A stretch of DNA of 64,000 nucleotides from Microcoleus sp. (GTDB lineage: Bacteria; Cyanobacteriota; Cyanobacteriia; Cyanobacteriales; Microcoleaceae). The stretch is taken from positions 2,112,001-2,176,000 of the forward strand of contig CP181291.1 in the NCBI GenBank assembly GCA_052279835.1, given 5' to 3'. The notes beneath the pieces were generated by a model. It worked only from the letters and a program-made list of their open reading frames with translations, did no database searches and was not told where the DNA came from. The translations under genes were made by a program, and so were the position numbers. This document shows, in pieces, positions 52,369 through 61,903 of this stretch (position 1 is its first letter; every line of letters starts with the position of its first letter).

Positions 52369-52902
52369 ATGAACATCGAGCAGTTTGTTGAAAATTCACT
52401 AGGACAATGGCGATCGCAGCGTAGCGCCCATCACTTGACTTTCAGACACTTTGAAGCTATAGAATCAGTGATTGATATCGTGGCAGTCTCACCCGATGAT
52501 GCAGCCGTCATCGACCTCTGCAAGTCCTACAACATAGACCCAAGCCAAGCAATAAGCCCCTTTCAAATGGTCTGGGAGGGACACTCAGATTGGGATGAAA
52601 ACGCCGAAATGAAGGGGAGTTGCATCCTCGTACCAATCCCCGATCGCACAGTCCCCAATCGCGGCAAGTTACTACGAGATCAAGGATATGCCGAAACCAT
52701 TCCCGCCGCCGCCGACTATCACATCACCGACGATGATACTTTTGTGCTGCTAACCAGCTACGATAACGCAGCCGCCGAAGAAAAAATCTGGTTTGCCAAT
52801 CCTAACCTTCGGTTTCGTGTTTCCCTCATCAAAACCAGCAAAGGAAGTGGAGTTGTTACCGCCTCATTTTCCTCAGAAATTCGTTCACTTTCGGGGAAAT
52901 AA
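52369..52902 (+). CDS. cpeS: Phycobiliprotein lyase, CpcS/CpeS family
   Basis: GQWRSQRSAHHL, GKLLRDQGYAE, AEEKIWFANPNLR, ASFSSEIR; cluster context. Confidence 0.85.
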   Translation: MNIEQFVENSLGQWRSQRSAHHLTFRHFEAIESVIDIVAVSPDDAAVIDLCKSYNIDPSQAISPFQMVWEGHSDWDENAEMKGSCILVPIPDRTVPNRGKLLRDQGYAETIPAAADYHITDDDTFVLLTSYDNAAAEEKIWFANPNLRFRVSLIKTSKGSGVVTASFSSEIRSLSGK

Positions 52903-52920
52903 GCAAATAGGAAATAGGGT

Positions 52921-53520
52921 ATGAATACTGTCAAGAACAATGATTTAATCACTCTCGCTCAGTGGATGGCGGGGGACTTTAGTAACTACAAACAATCCTT
53001 TGCCAAACCACAACAATTTGCCCATATTCACATTTTATTTCGTCCCCTACCCTTTGAATTTTTTAACGCGATCGGCTTTTATTCCGAACAAGTTTATGAC
53101 CATGACCTCTGGACTCCCTATCGTCAAGGAGTTCACAAATTAATTGACCAAGGAGAACAAATTTATATTGAAAATTATAGTCTCAACGATCCAGTACAAT
53201 ACGCCGGCGCAGCACGAGAATTAAGCATTCTCAAGACAATTAAACCCGATTGTATTCAAAGACGCTACAATTGTTCGATGGTTTTCCAACGAGACGGAGA
53301 AATGTTTCGCGGCAGTGTAGAACCGGGAAACCAGTGCCTGATTGAAAAAAAAGGTTGTTTAACCTACCTCATCAGTGACGTAGAAATTACCGAAACAACT
53401 TGGAGTAGTCTCGATCGCGGCATGGATGTAAATACTCATCAACAGATTTGGGGCTCAGACAACGGCTCTTTATGGTTTGAAAAGCGCCAAAGCTTTGCCA
53501 CGGAAGTCCCATTAGTCTAA
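52921..53520 (+). CDS. cpeT: Phycobiliprotein lyase, CpcT/CpeT family
   Basis: LAQWMAGDFSN, FAHIHILFRPLP, YSEQ, PYRQ, SLDRGMD..QIWGS. Confidence 0.88.
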   Translation: MNTVKNNDLITLAQWMAGDFSNYKQSFAKPQQFAHIHILFRPLPFEFFNAIGFYSEQVYDHDLWTPYRQGVHKLIDQGEQIYIENYSLNDPVQYAGAARELSILKTIKPDCIQRRYNCSMVFQRDGEMFRGSVEPGNQCLIEKKGCLTYLISDVEITETTWSSLDRGMDVNTHQQIWGSDNGSLWFEKRQSFATEVPLV

Positions 53521-53644
53521 TTTGCGCTAGGGGCGATCGGCTACAGCAGCCCTAGCATACTACAGCCACCAATCACCTTCCCCACAGATATTTCCCAGCT
53601 ATAAATTCCCTACCTGTAGTACAAAAAAACGCCACGAGATCTAC

Positions 53645-53662
53645 TCTGTTACGTTATGTAAC
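53645..53662 (-). promoter_or_regulatory. Candidate HLR1 (RpaB-type) site upstream of cpeC
   Basis: Minus strand reads GTTACATA-AC-GTAACAGA, against the consensus (G/T)TTACA(T/A)(T/A)-N2 repeated. Confidence 0.4.
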
Positions 53663-53726
53663 TTTTTCTAATCTAACATCTAATTATGGTAAATTTTCAC
53701 ATAACACAATAGTGGAGATTTTTTAA

Positions 53727-54611
53727 ATGGTTTTTGGACCTGCATCTCGACTTGGAGTCAGTTTATTTGAAGAAACACCCTGTTTAGAACTGAGCCCAGG
53801 ACGTTCCCAAGAAGAAGTAGAAACCATAATTCGTGCCGTCTATCGGCAAGTTTTAGGTAATGCTTACGTCATGGAAAGCGAACGAGCCACAATTCCTGAA
53901 TCCCAATTCAAAAGTGGTGAATTGAGCGTCCGCGAATTCGTCCGCGCCCTGGCAAAATCAGACGCCTATCGTTCTCGCTTTTTCGATACTTGTCCTCGCT
54001 ATCGGTTCATTGAACTCAACTTCAAACATCTTCTCGGTCGGGCTCCTGATGGCCTAGAAGAAATGAGAACTCATAGCACTATCCTAGATACCCAAGGCTT
54101 CGAGGCAGAAATTGATTCCTACCTCGACAGCGATGAATATCAAAACGCCTACGGGGAAAATATCGTTCCCTACTACCGAGGCTACAAAACCCAACCAGGA
54201 CAAAACATGGTTGGGTTTACACATATGTTTGCTCTCTTGCGCGGTGCTTCCAGCAGCGATTTGAAGGGCAGTATTTCAGGAAAAGCCCCTGTGTTGAATA
54301 AATTCGTGATTCAACAAACCCCTCTACCAATCGTTCCTCCTTCCGGTGGTGCAATTGGAGATGGTTGGGCATTCCAAGAGTCGGCGCTCAATACACGTAG
54401 TCGTGCTGGATTAGGCTCCGTAGCAGAAGGCAAAGTGTATCGCATTACAGTAACTGGATATCGCTCTTCAGGAACGACTGTGCTCAACAAAGTATCTAAA
54501 TTCCGCCGCAGCAATCAAGTTTATCTAGTACCGTTCGATCGCCTCTCGCAAGAATATCAACGCATCCACCAACAAGGTGGCGTAATTTCCAGCATCACCG
54601 CTGTCAACTAA
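53727..54611 (+). CDS. cpeC: Phycoerythrin-associated rod linker CpeC
   Basis: FGPASRLGVSLFEETP N-terminus, RAVYRQVLGNAYVMESER, NFKHLLGRAP, CpcD-like C-terminus. Confidence 0.88.
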   Translation: MVFGPASRLGVSLFEETPCLELSPGRSQEEVETIIRAVYRQVLGNAYVMESERATIPESQFKSGELSVREFVRALAKSDAYRSRFFDTCPRYRFIELNFKHLLGRAPDGLEEMRTHSTILDTQGFEAEIDSYLDSDEYQNAYGENIVPYYRGYKTQPGQNMVGFTHMFALLRGASSSDLKGSISGKAPVLNKFVIQQTPLPIVPPSGGAIGDGWAFQESALNTRSRAGLGSVAEGKVYRITVTGYRSSGTTVLNKVSKFRRSNQVYLVPFDRLSQEYQRIHQQGGVISSITAVN

Positions 54612-54629
54612 AAACCCCCCTGAAACTTC

Positions 54630-54676
54630 TGCCTTAACGACTTAGGGAATCTACGTCCCTGAGCGTTTTTAGGCAA
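54630..54676 (+). other. Intercistronic stem-loop between cpeC and cpeD
   Basis: tgcct-taacg-..taggga / tccctga-gcgtt-..aggca. Confidence 0.5.
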
Positions 54677-54724
54677 TCCTTAATTCTCAGTTTTGAAGCA
54701 TTATTTATTGATAGGAAAAAGCCA

Positions 54725-55492
54725 ATGAGTGTTGTTTTAGATGCGCCCGTAGAACTATGGTCTACTAGCAACTCCGACGATAAACAGGCCGTAATTCGCG
54801 CCGTTTACAAGCAAGTTTTGGGTAATCCTCACGTCATGGAAAGCGAGCGCCTAACCGTCGCCGAATCCCAATTATGCGATGGCGGCATGACTGTACGGGA
54901 ATTTGTGCGTGCTGTAGCAAAATCCGACTTCTATCGTAGTCGGTATTTTGAATCTTGCGCTCCCTACCGCTTTGTCGAACTCAACTTTAAACATTTGTTA
55001 GGTCGCGCTCCCTTAGACCAAGCAGAACTATCTGAACACATCTGCATCTGTATCGAAAAAGGCTACGAGGCAGAAATAGATTCCTACCTCGACAGTCAAG
55101 AATACCAAGACAAATTTGGCGAGAATACAGTCCCCAATTATCAAGGCGCAAAAAGTCAAGTTGGACAAAAGCAAGTCGGCTACAATCGCACCCTCTCTCT
55201 ATATCAAGGTTATGCAGGGGTTGACAGTGCATTTACCGCTTCTCGCTTAGTAGATTTTGTCGCTGGTAATAGCGGTAACAAAATTACTCTACCAAGCACC
55301 GGCGGTCGGCTCAGTGCTTACAAAGATGCCACCGAAAAGATGTTCAAAATTTTAGTGAAAGGCGCTAAATTTGATAGCCCTCGCCGAGTGAGTAACACTG
55401 AATATCTCGTGTCCGGTGCAAAGATGACTCCGCAAATTCAGCGCATTCATCGTGCAGGTGGCAAAATTGTCAGCATCACCGAAGTAGTTTAA
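54725..55492 (+). CDS. cpeD: Phycoerythrin-associated rod linker CpeD
   Basis: RAVYKQVLGNPHVMESERL, YFESCAPYRFVELNFKHLLGRAP, KQVGYNR. Confidence 0.8.
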   Translation: MSVVLDAPVELWSTSNSDDKQAVIRAVYKQVLGNPHVMESERLTVAESQLCDGGMTVREFVRAVAKSDFYRSRYFESCAPYRFVELNFKHLLGRAPLDQAELSEHICICIEKGYEAEIDSYLDSQEYQDKFGENTVPNYQGAKSQVGQKQVGYNRTLSLYQGYAGVDSAFTASRLVDFVAGNSGNKITLPSTGGRLSAYKDATEKMFKILVKGAKFDSPRRVSNTEYLVSGAKMTPQIQRIHRAGGKIVSITEVV

Positions 55493-55831
55493 GACTTCAC
55501 AACTTGATGAAGGGAGTATCCCCAAGTCAGTAAATTGACTGTTTGTAGCACAGGCAAGATGCCTGTGCTAGGGAAGTCGAAGACCAAGATTCTCCACAAA
55601 TTCTGGGAAGTCGTGGTTGTAACAGCTATCACATTTTACTGTCCCGGACGAACATAATCTTTTAGTTTCTCTGGAGCGAGTTAATTATTCGCTCTTTTTA
55701 TATGAAAAAAAAGCTACAAACTCGATCGATAGAAGAACGAATCAGGCTTTAGTTATCTAGGACAGAAGGGAAAATTCTCTACTTGGAGCGCGTCCAGGAC
55801 TGTTTCTCAAATCTCAAATCTTAAATCTCAA

Positions 55832-56140
55832 ATGGTATTACCACCCATAGCTGACAAAAAAATGCAGGCTTGGATCAGAAGTCGCCACTTGATTTTTTCC
55901 GGTCAGTTTCTGATTTTTGAAACCTTAGACTATCCAACAATTGAGCGATTTGAGGAATGTATCATTAGTCTAGGAGGGTGTTTAATTTCTGTGGAACCCA
56001 GCAAACGAGTTTGGATGGGAAATCATCGACAAGTTATCCTTTATCAAGCCAAAGGTAGTTTGCATACACCTCACCATGAACTGCGACAATATTGGTTTAA
56101 ATATGGCAGTTTTCAGACTAGATTTGATGAGAGGGTTTAG
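55832..56140 (+). CDS. cpeR: Phycoerythrin regulator CpeR
   Basis: LPP..KKMQAWIRSRHLI.SG.F.IFETLDY; WMGNHRQVILYQAK; YWFKYGSF.TRFD. Confidence 0.85.
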   Translation: MVLPPIADKKMQAWIRSRHLIFSGQFLIFETLDYPTIERFEECIISLGGCLISVEPSKRVWMGNHRQVILYQAKGSLHTPHHELRQYWFKYGSFQTRFDERV

Positions 56141-56396
56141 TAGAAGGAAGAAGGAAGAAGGTAGAAGGAAGAAGGAAGAAGGAAGAAGGAAGAAGGAAGA
56201 AGTCACCCCCCCCAGCCCCCCCCAAGGGGGGAAATTCACGAAGAAGGAAGAAGTCACCCCCCCAGCCCCCCCCAAGGGGGGAAATTCAGGAAGAAGGAAG
56301 AAGTTACCCCCCCCAAGGGGGTAAGGAATAAGGAATAAGGAATAAATAATAAGGAATAAAGAATAAGGAATAAGGAATAAAGAATAAGGAATAAGA
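56141..56396. repeat. Composite repeat: (AGAAGGA)n, three tandem C-run/G-run palindrome units, (TAAGGAA)n
   Basis: Unit gaaggaagaagtcacccccccagccccccccaaggggggaaattca, period about 51 bp. Confidence 0.85.
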
Positions 56397-56440
56397 AACA
56401 ATATTTCTGTTACAGTAAAGGAAACTACTGCTCTGTGGTT

Positions 56441-57106
56441 ATGGATATTCACCAAATCGAAGCGTCTCTAGAAAATTCTGACTTTCAGTATCGACTCAAG
56501 GCGATCGCAGCTCTTAAAAACTATACACCAGAAATAGCCGTTCCCTTACTAAAATCGAAGCTCAACGACCCAGAATTTTTAGTACGTTCCTTTGTCAGCC
56601 GGGGATTTGGGCAACAACAAAGCGCCGAGTCCTTCGCCGCACTCCTCCAAATCATCAAACTTGACAACACCCCCAATGTCAGGGCCGAAGCCGCGAATTC
56701 GCTATCTCTATTCGGGAGATGCGCTGCGTCTCATTTACTGCTGACTTTTATTCAGGATGACCACTGGCTGGTGCGTCGCAGCATTATAGCAGCCCTGGTA
56801 GACATGGAGTGCTACAACGAACTTTTTGAAGTTTGTCTCGAAGCATTAGCTGGCGAAGATATGACCACCCAGGAAGCTGCTGTGGATGCACTCGGTGCCT
56901 TAGCTGGAACAAATCAGGAACCGGCCGCACTTTCTCAATTATTGACGCTGGCTAATTCTGAGTATGAAGGAATTCGTCAGCACACTGCATCTGCTTTGAA
57001 GCATTTTGATACTCCCCAGGCGAAGGAAGTTTTGAGTCAACTTCGGCAAGACTCCCATCATCAAGTAGTTGGCGCTGCTTTAGAAAACTTGCTTGAGAAC
57101 AGTTAA
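56441..57106 (+). CDS. HEAT-repeat PBS lyase-like protein (NblB-like)
   Basis: FQYRLKAIAAL, DPEFLVRSFV, NVRAEAANSLS, DDHWLVRRSI. Confidence 0.8.
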   Translation: MDIHQIEASLENSDFQYRLKAIAALKNYTPEIAVPLLKSKLNDPEFLVRSFVSRGFGQQQSAESFAALLQIIKLDNTPNVRAEAANSLSLFGRCAASHLLLTFIQDDHWLVRRSIIAALVDMECYNELFEVCLEALAGEDMTTQEAAVDALGALAGTNQEPAALSQLLTLANSEYEGIRQHTASALKHFDTPQAKEVLSQLRQDSHHQVVGAALENLLENS

Positions 57107-57174
57107 GAAGAAGGAAGAAGGAAGAAGGAAGAAGGAAGAAGGAAGAAGGAAGAAGGAAGAAGGAAGAAGGAAGA
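57106..57174. repeat. Heptamer tandem repeat (AGAAGGA), about 10 copies
   Basis: Read directly from the sequence. Confidence 0.9.
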
Positions 57175-57269
57175 ATTTCTTGAATCTCTACTAGACTTCT
57201 CCAATAATTACTGTGGAACAGACATCTTGCCTGTTGCAGACTCGCTTTTTTAGATATGTCTACTAAGTC

Positions 57270-57335
57270 AGAAACCGGGTTTTTTGTGAAAATCTAACTT
57301 GGAGTGCGAAAATATGGGTGAAAAACCCGGTTTCT
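57270..57335. repeat. Dispersed inverted-repeat element
   Basis: agaaaccgggttttt ... aaaaacccggtttct. Confidence 0.7.
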
Positions 57336-57351
57336 TGAATCCCAGGGGTAC

Positions 57352-57930
57352 TCAAGCTTGACTAAACTTTTTTAACGCAGTGATTAAAGAGTCAAAATTC
57401 ACAGCTAATAAATCCTGTTCTTGAGAACTAAATTGCTGTAAACTGACTGTTTTTAACTGTTTTAATCCACAGAGCATCGCTGGCACTGGGACCCGCAATT
57501 CTTGATAAAGTAGCTCCATATTTTTGAGTCCTTCCTGACTGAGGAATTCAGGATTTTTCCCAGCAACTCCATAGGTGACGGAGCGCAGGAAATGCCAGAA
57601 ATCTCGCCAACAGGCTTCAGCACGAGCCGGAGGATAGAGGTCATTTCCTGGTTCGGCGATATTCGGAAATTCTGCTAATACCTTTGCTCTGGCTTTGGCA
57701 ACCAAATCAGGAGCTTGCTCTCGCAGCAATTTAGCTTGTGCTACCATTAAAGAATTATCTGAAACCAGATTTTGAATGCGTTCTAAATCTTCGTCGGTGA
57801 GATATTGACCTCGATTGTCTGCTGCTTGAAAAATGGCGATTACTTCATCGGAATAGAGATTGTTCCAAGTGGCAAAACTGACGATTCGGGCTTTGGGAAT
57901 TAATTCTTTGGCTCTTTCACTTAACTGCAT
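57352..57930 (-). CDS. Allophycocyanin-like phycobiliprotein-fold protein (AplA-like)
   Basis: ADNRGQYLTDEDL, PGNDLYPPARAEACWRDFWHFLRSVTYG (bilin-binding Cys retained), N-terminal extension. Confidence 0.75.
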   Translation of the reverse strand: MQLSERAKELIPKARIVSFATWNNLYSDEVIAIFQAADNRGQYLTDEDLERIQNLVSDNSLMVAQAKLLREQAPDLVAKARAKVLAEFPNIAEPGNDLYPPARAEACWRDFWHFLRSVTYGVAGKNPEFLSQEGLKNMELLYQELRVPVPAMLCGLKQLKTVSLQQFSSQEQDLLAVNFDSLITALKKFSQA

Positions 57931-57995
57931 AGTTATTAAAATTACATTCAGGTAGTTGGAGACAATCCAAGTTATAGACTAGAATTATGAAAATA

Positions 57996-58014
57996 TTTGT
58001 TAAGTTTTGTTAAG
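57996..58014. promoter_or_regulatory. Perfect 9-bp direct repeat with 10-bp period (HLR1-like) in the aplA/pebA divergent region
   Basis: tttgttaag-t-tttgttaag; minus strand TTAACAAA-AC-TTAACAAA. Confidence 0.45.
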
Positions 58015-58257
58015 AATATGAGATTCATACCGGGGAATGTGGTAAAAAGCCTTAATTAGACTTATCCCCAACTGTAAAGGGCAGGCTCCATGCCTAGTCC
58101 ACAGGAATTAGGGGGAAATATCTATTACGAAAGTTCGATCGAAAGTTTGGTTTCATAACGAAATATTACTTTGTTAGCCAAAACAGAGACGAGACTTCTG
58201 GCGATCGCCTATCATCCTGTATTTAGGGAAAACCTATAAGGGGCTAAATTATCATAT

Positions 58258-58992
58258 ATGTTTAAGCCATTTCAGCAATTTTTAGAAAAAGAACTGTCTG
58301 AGAATTTTGCACTAGAGAGTCGTCCCATTCCCTCTGGTTTGGAATCAGTGGTGAGCGAAAGAGGCAAAAATCCAGCCACGATTCAAAGTTGGTGCTATCA
58401 ATGCCCTCAATTGCGAAAAATTCGTTACACCTACATCGATGCTGGGGAAACGGCGCAAATTTTCAACAGCGTTATTTATCCTAACTATAATTACGATGTA
58501 CCCTTGCTGGGGATAGATTTTTTAGCGTTTGGGAAAAAGAAAATCTTGGTAGTAATCGATTTTCAGCCCTTATTCCGCGATCGCCCCTACATAGACAAGT
58601 ATATCGAACCATTGACCGAAATTCGCAGTAAATACAGCGCCTTGGTACAAGACTTAGAAATGAAGTTTTATGATGCCAACCAGTATTTTTCCAAAAATTT
58701 GCTCTTTGCAAAAACCGATGCCGAAACAGTGGTAAACCAATTGTTTCCCGCCTATCAAGAATACGTCCAGTTGTATTGTCAAATGCTACAGCAAGCTTCT
58801 GTGCTGAAGACTCCCGAAGAAGTTCAGCGGATTGTGAAAGCACAGAAAGATTACGACCAGTATAGTGCAGAAAGAGACCCCGCATCAGGACTATTCAGCA
58901 GCTATTTTGGTCATGAATGGTCAGAGAAATTTTTGTACGAGTTTTTGTTTGAAGATGCTGTTCCCTTAGCGATTCCCGCCGGGGCTAAATAA
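58258..58992 (+). CDS. pebA: 15,16-dihydrobiliverdin:ferredoxin oxidoreductase
   Basis: [49 protein letters not shown]. Confidence 0.93.
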   Translation: MFKPFQQFLEKELSENFALESRPIPSGLESVVSERGKNPATIQSWCYQCPQLRKIRYTYIDAGETAQIFNSVIYPNYNYDVPLLGIDFLAFGKKKILVVIDFQPLFRDRPYIDKYIEPLTEIRSKYSALVQDLEMKFYDANQYFSKNLLFAKTDAETVVNQLFPAYQEYVQLYCQMLQQASVLKTPEEVQRIVKAQKDYDQYSAERDPASGLFSSYFGHEWSEKFLYEFLFEDAVPLAIPAGAK

Positions 58993-58999
58993 ATTAAAA

Positions 59000-59738
59000 A
59001 TGACTCTATATCAGCCTTTTTTAGATTACGCAATCCCACTGATAACGGAACGACTAGACCTAGCTCCTTATCCGATTCCGGCCGGTTTTGAACACAAAGA
59101 ATGTATCACTGGGAAAGGAAAAAAAGAGCAGTTGGTGGTAACAACCAGCCATGCTTTCAAATCCTCAAAACTGCGCCAGATTCGGGCCGCTCACGTTCAG
59201 GGTGGTGATGCTCTTCAGGTACTGAATTTTGTAATTTTCCCCCAAATAAATTATGATTTGCCTTTTTTTGGGGCGGATTTAGTAACTTTGCCGGGGGGAC
59301 ATTTGATTGCTTTAGATATGCAGCCGCTTTTCCACGATGCGGCTTATCAACAGCAATACTCCGATCCAATTTTACCGATTTTTAACAAGTATCAAACAGA
59401 CTTACCTTGGGGTGGAGATTTTCCGGAAGAAGCAAAACAGTTCTTTTCTCCGGCTTTTCTGTGGACTCGTCCCAAGGAAACGGAGGCTGTGCAAACTACG
59501 GTGTTTGCAGCTTTTCAGGATTATCTACAAGCTTATCTCGATTTGGTCGATCGGGCCCAACCAGTCACAGATAGTCAGAGATTGGCAGAGATTCTTCAGG
59601 CTCAACGGAATTATATCAATTATCGTGCTGCTAAAGATCCTGCTAGGGGAATGTTTTTGCGGTTTCTATGGTGAGGAGTGGACTGAAGAGTACATACACG
59701 GTTTTCTGTTCGATTTGGAGCGCCATCTGGAACATTGA
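59000..59738 (+). pseudogene. pebB: Phycoerythrobilin:ferredoxin oxidoreductase, frameshifted near the C-terminus as given
   Basis: [50 protein letters not shown]; removing one T at about 59663-59665 restores [19 protein letters not shown]. Confidence 0.9.
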
Positions 59739-59780
59739 TAGTTGGCTGGGGGCGGGTTTATATGATTACTAATAGAGTAA

Positions 59781-59866
59781 TAAACCGCGAAGGCGCGAAG
59801 GACGCGAAGGAAGAGAAAGAAGAAAATGCATTTCTTCCTTCGCGCTCTTTGCGCCTTCGCGGTTTA
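59781..59866. repeat. Inverted pair of dispersed-repeat copies forming a long hairpin between convergent genes
   Basis: taaaccgcgaaggcgcgaaggacgcgaaggaaga ... tcttccttcgcgctctttgcgccttcgcggttta. Confidence 0.8.
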
Positions 59867-59876
59867 ATCATTCCGA

Positions 59877-60749
59877 CTAACAAGCCAGACTTTGAGCCGT
59901 ATTATTACGAGTGAAAGAGTTCCAAGTACCTAACTCTTTTGAACTACGACTGCGAAGCATTGCTCTCGCTTCTTCTGTCAATCCTTGTACTAAACTAAAA
60001 TCGGCACCAGCAATACTTTTTAATTGTTCTAAATTCGCGCCTGTCAAATCAGCCGCCCGTAAATCTGCTCCCTGTAACTCAGCGCCAATTAATATCGCAT
60101 TCCGCAAATAAGCACCAGTGAGCAAAGCATTTTGAAGATTTGCACCACTTAAAGCTGCTCCCTCTAAATTTGCGCCGGTTAAATCGGCTCCACTGAGATA
60201 AGCACCTCGCAGATTACAGTAACTCAAATCAGCTCCTCTGAGGTTGGCTGTATTCAAGAAAGCCCCACTGAGACTAGCTTTTGGTCCAATTGCTTCTGAT
60301 TTTTGGTAGTTGAATCCTTCTGGCCAAAGGGTCTTGCTATCATATAAAGCTAATTTGAATTTAGCTAATTCTAGGTTGGCATTGAGTAGATTACAACCTT
60401 GTAAATCTGCCCGAAAAAAATAACTTTCTTGTAAATTTGCGCCACTCAAATTGGCATCTCTGAGACTAGCCCGCCGTAAATCAACTCCCTGGAGATTTGC
60501 ACCTTGGAAATTGGTTTTGCTGAGGTTGGCGCCGATTAAGTTTGTCCCGCTTAAGTCAATCCCGGATAAATCCATCTGGCTGAGGTTGATTCCCTGGAGG
60601 TTGGTTTGAGCTAAGCTTTTACCTTGCTCAACATTTTGTAAGACTTCTGTGAGAGTCAGCGGTTCTGAGAGGAAAAAAGAGTGTTGATGAAGTGCCATTA
60701 TATTTTTTGAAGATTTATTGATCGAATTGCTCAAAGTGTCCGGTGTCAT
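59877..60749 (-). CDS. Pentapeptide repeat protein
   Basis: Two long runs of A(N/D)LxG repeats; start could be the second Met. Confidence 0.9.
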   Translation of the reverse strand: MTPDTLSNSINKSSKNIMALHQHSFFLSEPLTLTEVLQNVEQGKSLAQTNLQGINLSQMDLSGIDLSGTNLIGANLSKTNFQGANLQGVDLRRASLRDANLSGANLQESYFFRADLQGCNLLNANLELAKFKLALYDSKTLWPEGFNYQKSEAIGPKASLSGAFLNTANLRGADLSYCNLRGAYLSGADLTGANLEGAALSGANLQNALLTGAYLRNAILIGAELQGADLRAADLTGANLEQLKSIAGADFSLVQGLTEEARAMLRSRSSKELGTWNSFTRNNTAQSLAC

Positions 60750-60879
60750 TTATCCTAGGATTTGATTGTTGTGCGATCGCCTGAGTGTTAATTTTCTTAA
60801 CCAAAATCCGATCCGTTTCTCCTCCCATCCCTTTTCGCAAGGGGATGTGCTCGATTTCTCTCCCTAAGTTGACACAGAA

Positions 60880-61482
60880 ATGCTGCTAACACCACCGATG
60901 ACTATGATGGATTTCTTTCGCAAAAGTGAGGGCGTTTGGTTCACTCAGCGAACAGTCCATAATTTTGATACTGCTGCTGCTGATGAGTCGGGAGAATCTA
61001 ATGTCATCATTGATGTCTTGTCCATAGATGATCCCAGAGTCTTAGAAGTTTGTCAACAGCAGAATGTAGATCCCGCTTTAGTGAGTGGGGGATGCAGTTT
61101 TATGTGGCAGGATAATTTGGATGATGCTAGCCCCAACCAAAATTATGCTGCAATTCTGATCGATGTACCCAATCCCAATAACCCAAAGATGGGCAAGTTT
61201 CTGCGAAATCGCGGCTACGTTGAAGGCATTCCGGTAATTGGTATTTACAATTTTGCTGAGGATGGGGTGTTGACTATTGAGACGGAATATGAGACAAATC
61301 AAGGACAGGAACGCTGTTGGTTTATTAACGATCATTTTCGGGTACGGGTGATGACCGTTCAAATGAGCAATGGGGTTAAACAAATGGCATACTGTTCTGA
61401 GCGTCGTTGTATTTCTCAGTCGGTTTTAGAAGAGATGTTGGAACGCAATCGCTTGAGGGTTTCTGGGGCGGCTGCGGTGTGA
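60880..61482 (+). CDS. cpeU: Phycobiliprotein lyase, S/U family (CpeU-like)
   Basis: PPMTMMDFFRKSEGVWFTQRTVH, FLRNRGYVE, GQERCWF, YCSERR. Confidence 0.75.
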   Translation: MLLTPPMTMMDFFRKSEGVWFTQRTVHNFDTAAADESGESNVIIDVLSIDDPRVLEVCQQQNVDPALVSGGCSFMWQDNLDDASPNQNYAAILIDVPNPNNPKMGKFLRNRGYVEGIPVIGIYNFAEDGVLTIETEYETNQGQERCWFINDHFRVRVMTVQMSNGVKQMAYCSERRCISQSVLEEMLERNRLRVSGAAAV

Positions 61483-61636
61483 TGTTAAAGCGATTTAGGG
61501 TTTGGTGCGGGCGGGTTTATGAGATGATTGGTCTTGGGCAATTATTGTTGGTAAAACCCGCTCCTACGGGAATTTAATTTGTTTGATTAGACGCGATGGT
61601 AGATTTTTTTTCACCTGTTATCAAAATATCAAAACT

Positions 61637-61903
61637 ATGTCTGAAAACGAAGAATTAACACCATCTGATATTGATGAATCTGCCGAGGATTCAACACAGA
61701 TAAATGCTGAAGAATTGGTGGAAGTGATTGCGGAATTTGAGCGGTATCGAGAACGTTTGGTGAGTGAGACGATCGCTGCGGCAAAAAAGGCAAAGCTACC
61801 CCAGAAACCAGCTCTGGCTAAAATTGAGCCGGAATTGGCTAAAATTGATGCTGGACTTGAGAGTCTCCGCGCTCAATTGGCTGGTATAACTACTAATAAT
61901 TAG
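61637..61903 (+). CDS. Small coiled-coil hypothetical protein of the phycoerythrin cluster
   Basis: ELVEVIAEFERYRERLV...AKKAKL...ELAKIDAGLESLRAQL; abuts the next gene. Confidence 0.7.
   Translation: MSENEELTPSDIDESAEDSTQINAEELVEVIAEFERYRERLVSETIAAAKKAKLPQKPALAKIEPELAKIDAGLESLRAQLAGITTNN

Noticed and set aside
56191..56320. CRISPR-like array
   Set aside because: The units are tandem near-identical copies with no unique spacers, and no cas genes are present
55982..56455. ORFs 55982-56455 (-) and 56076-56324 (+)
   Set aside because: Low-complexity translations of repeat arrays that overlap cpeR
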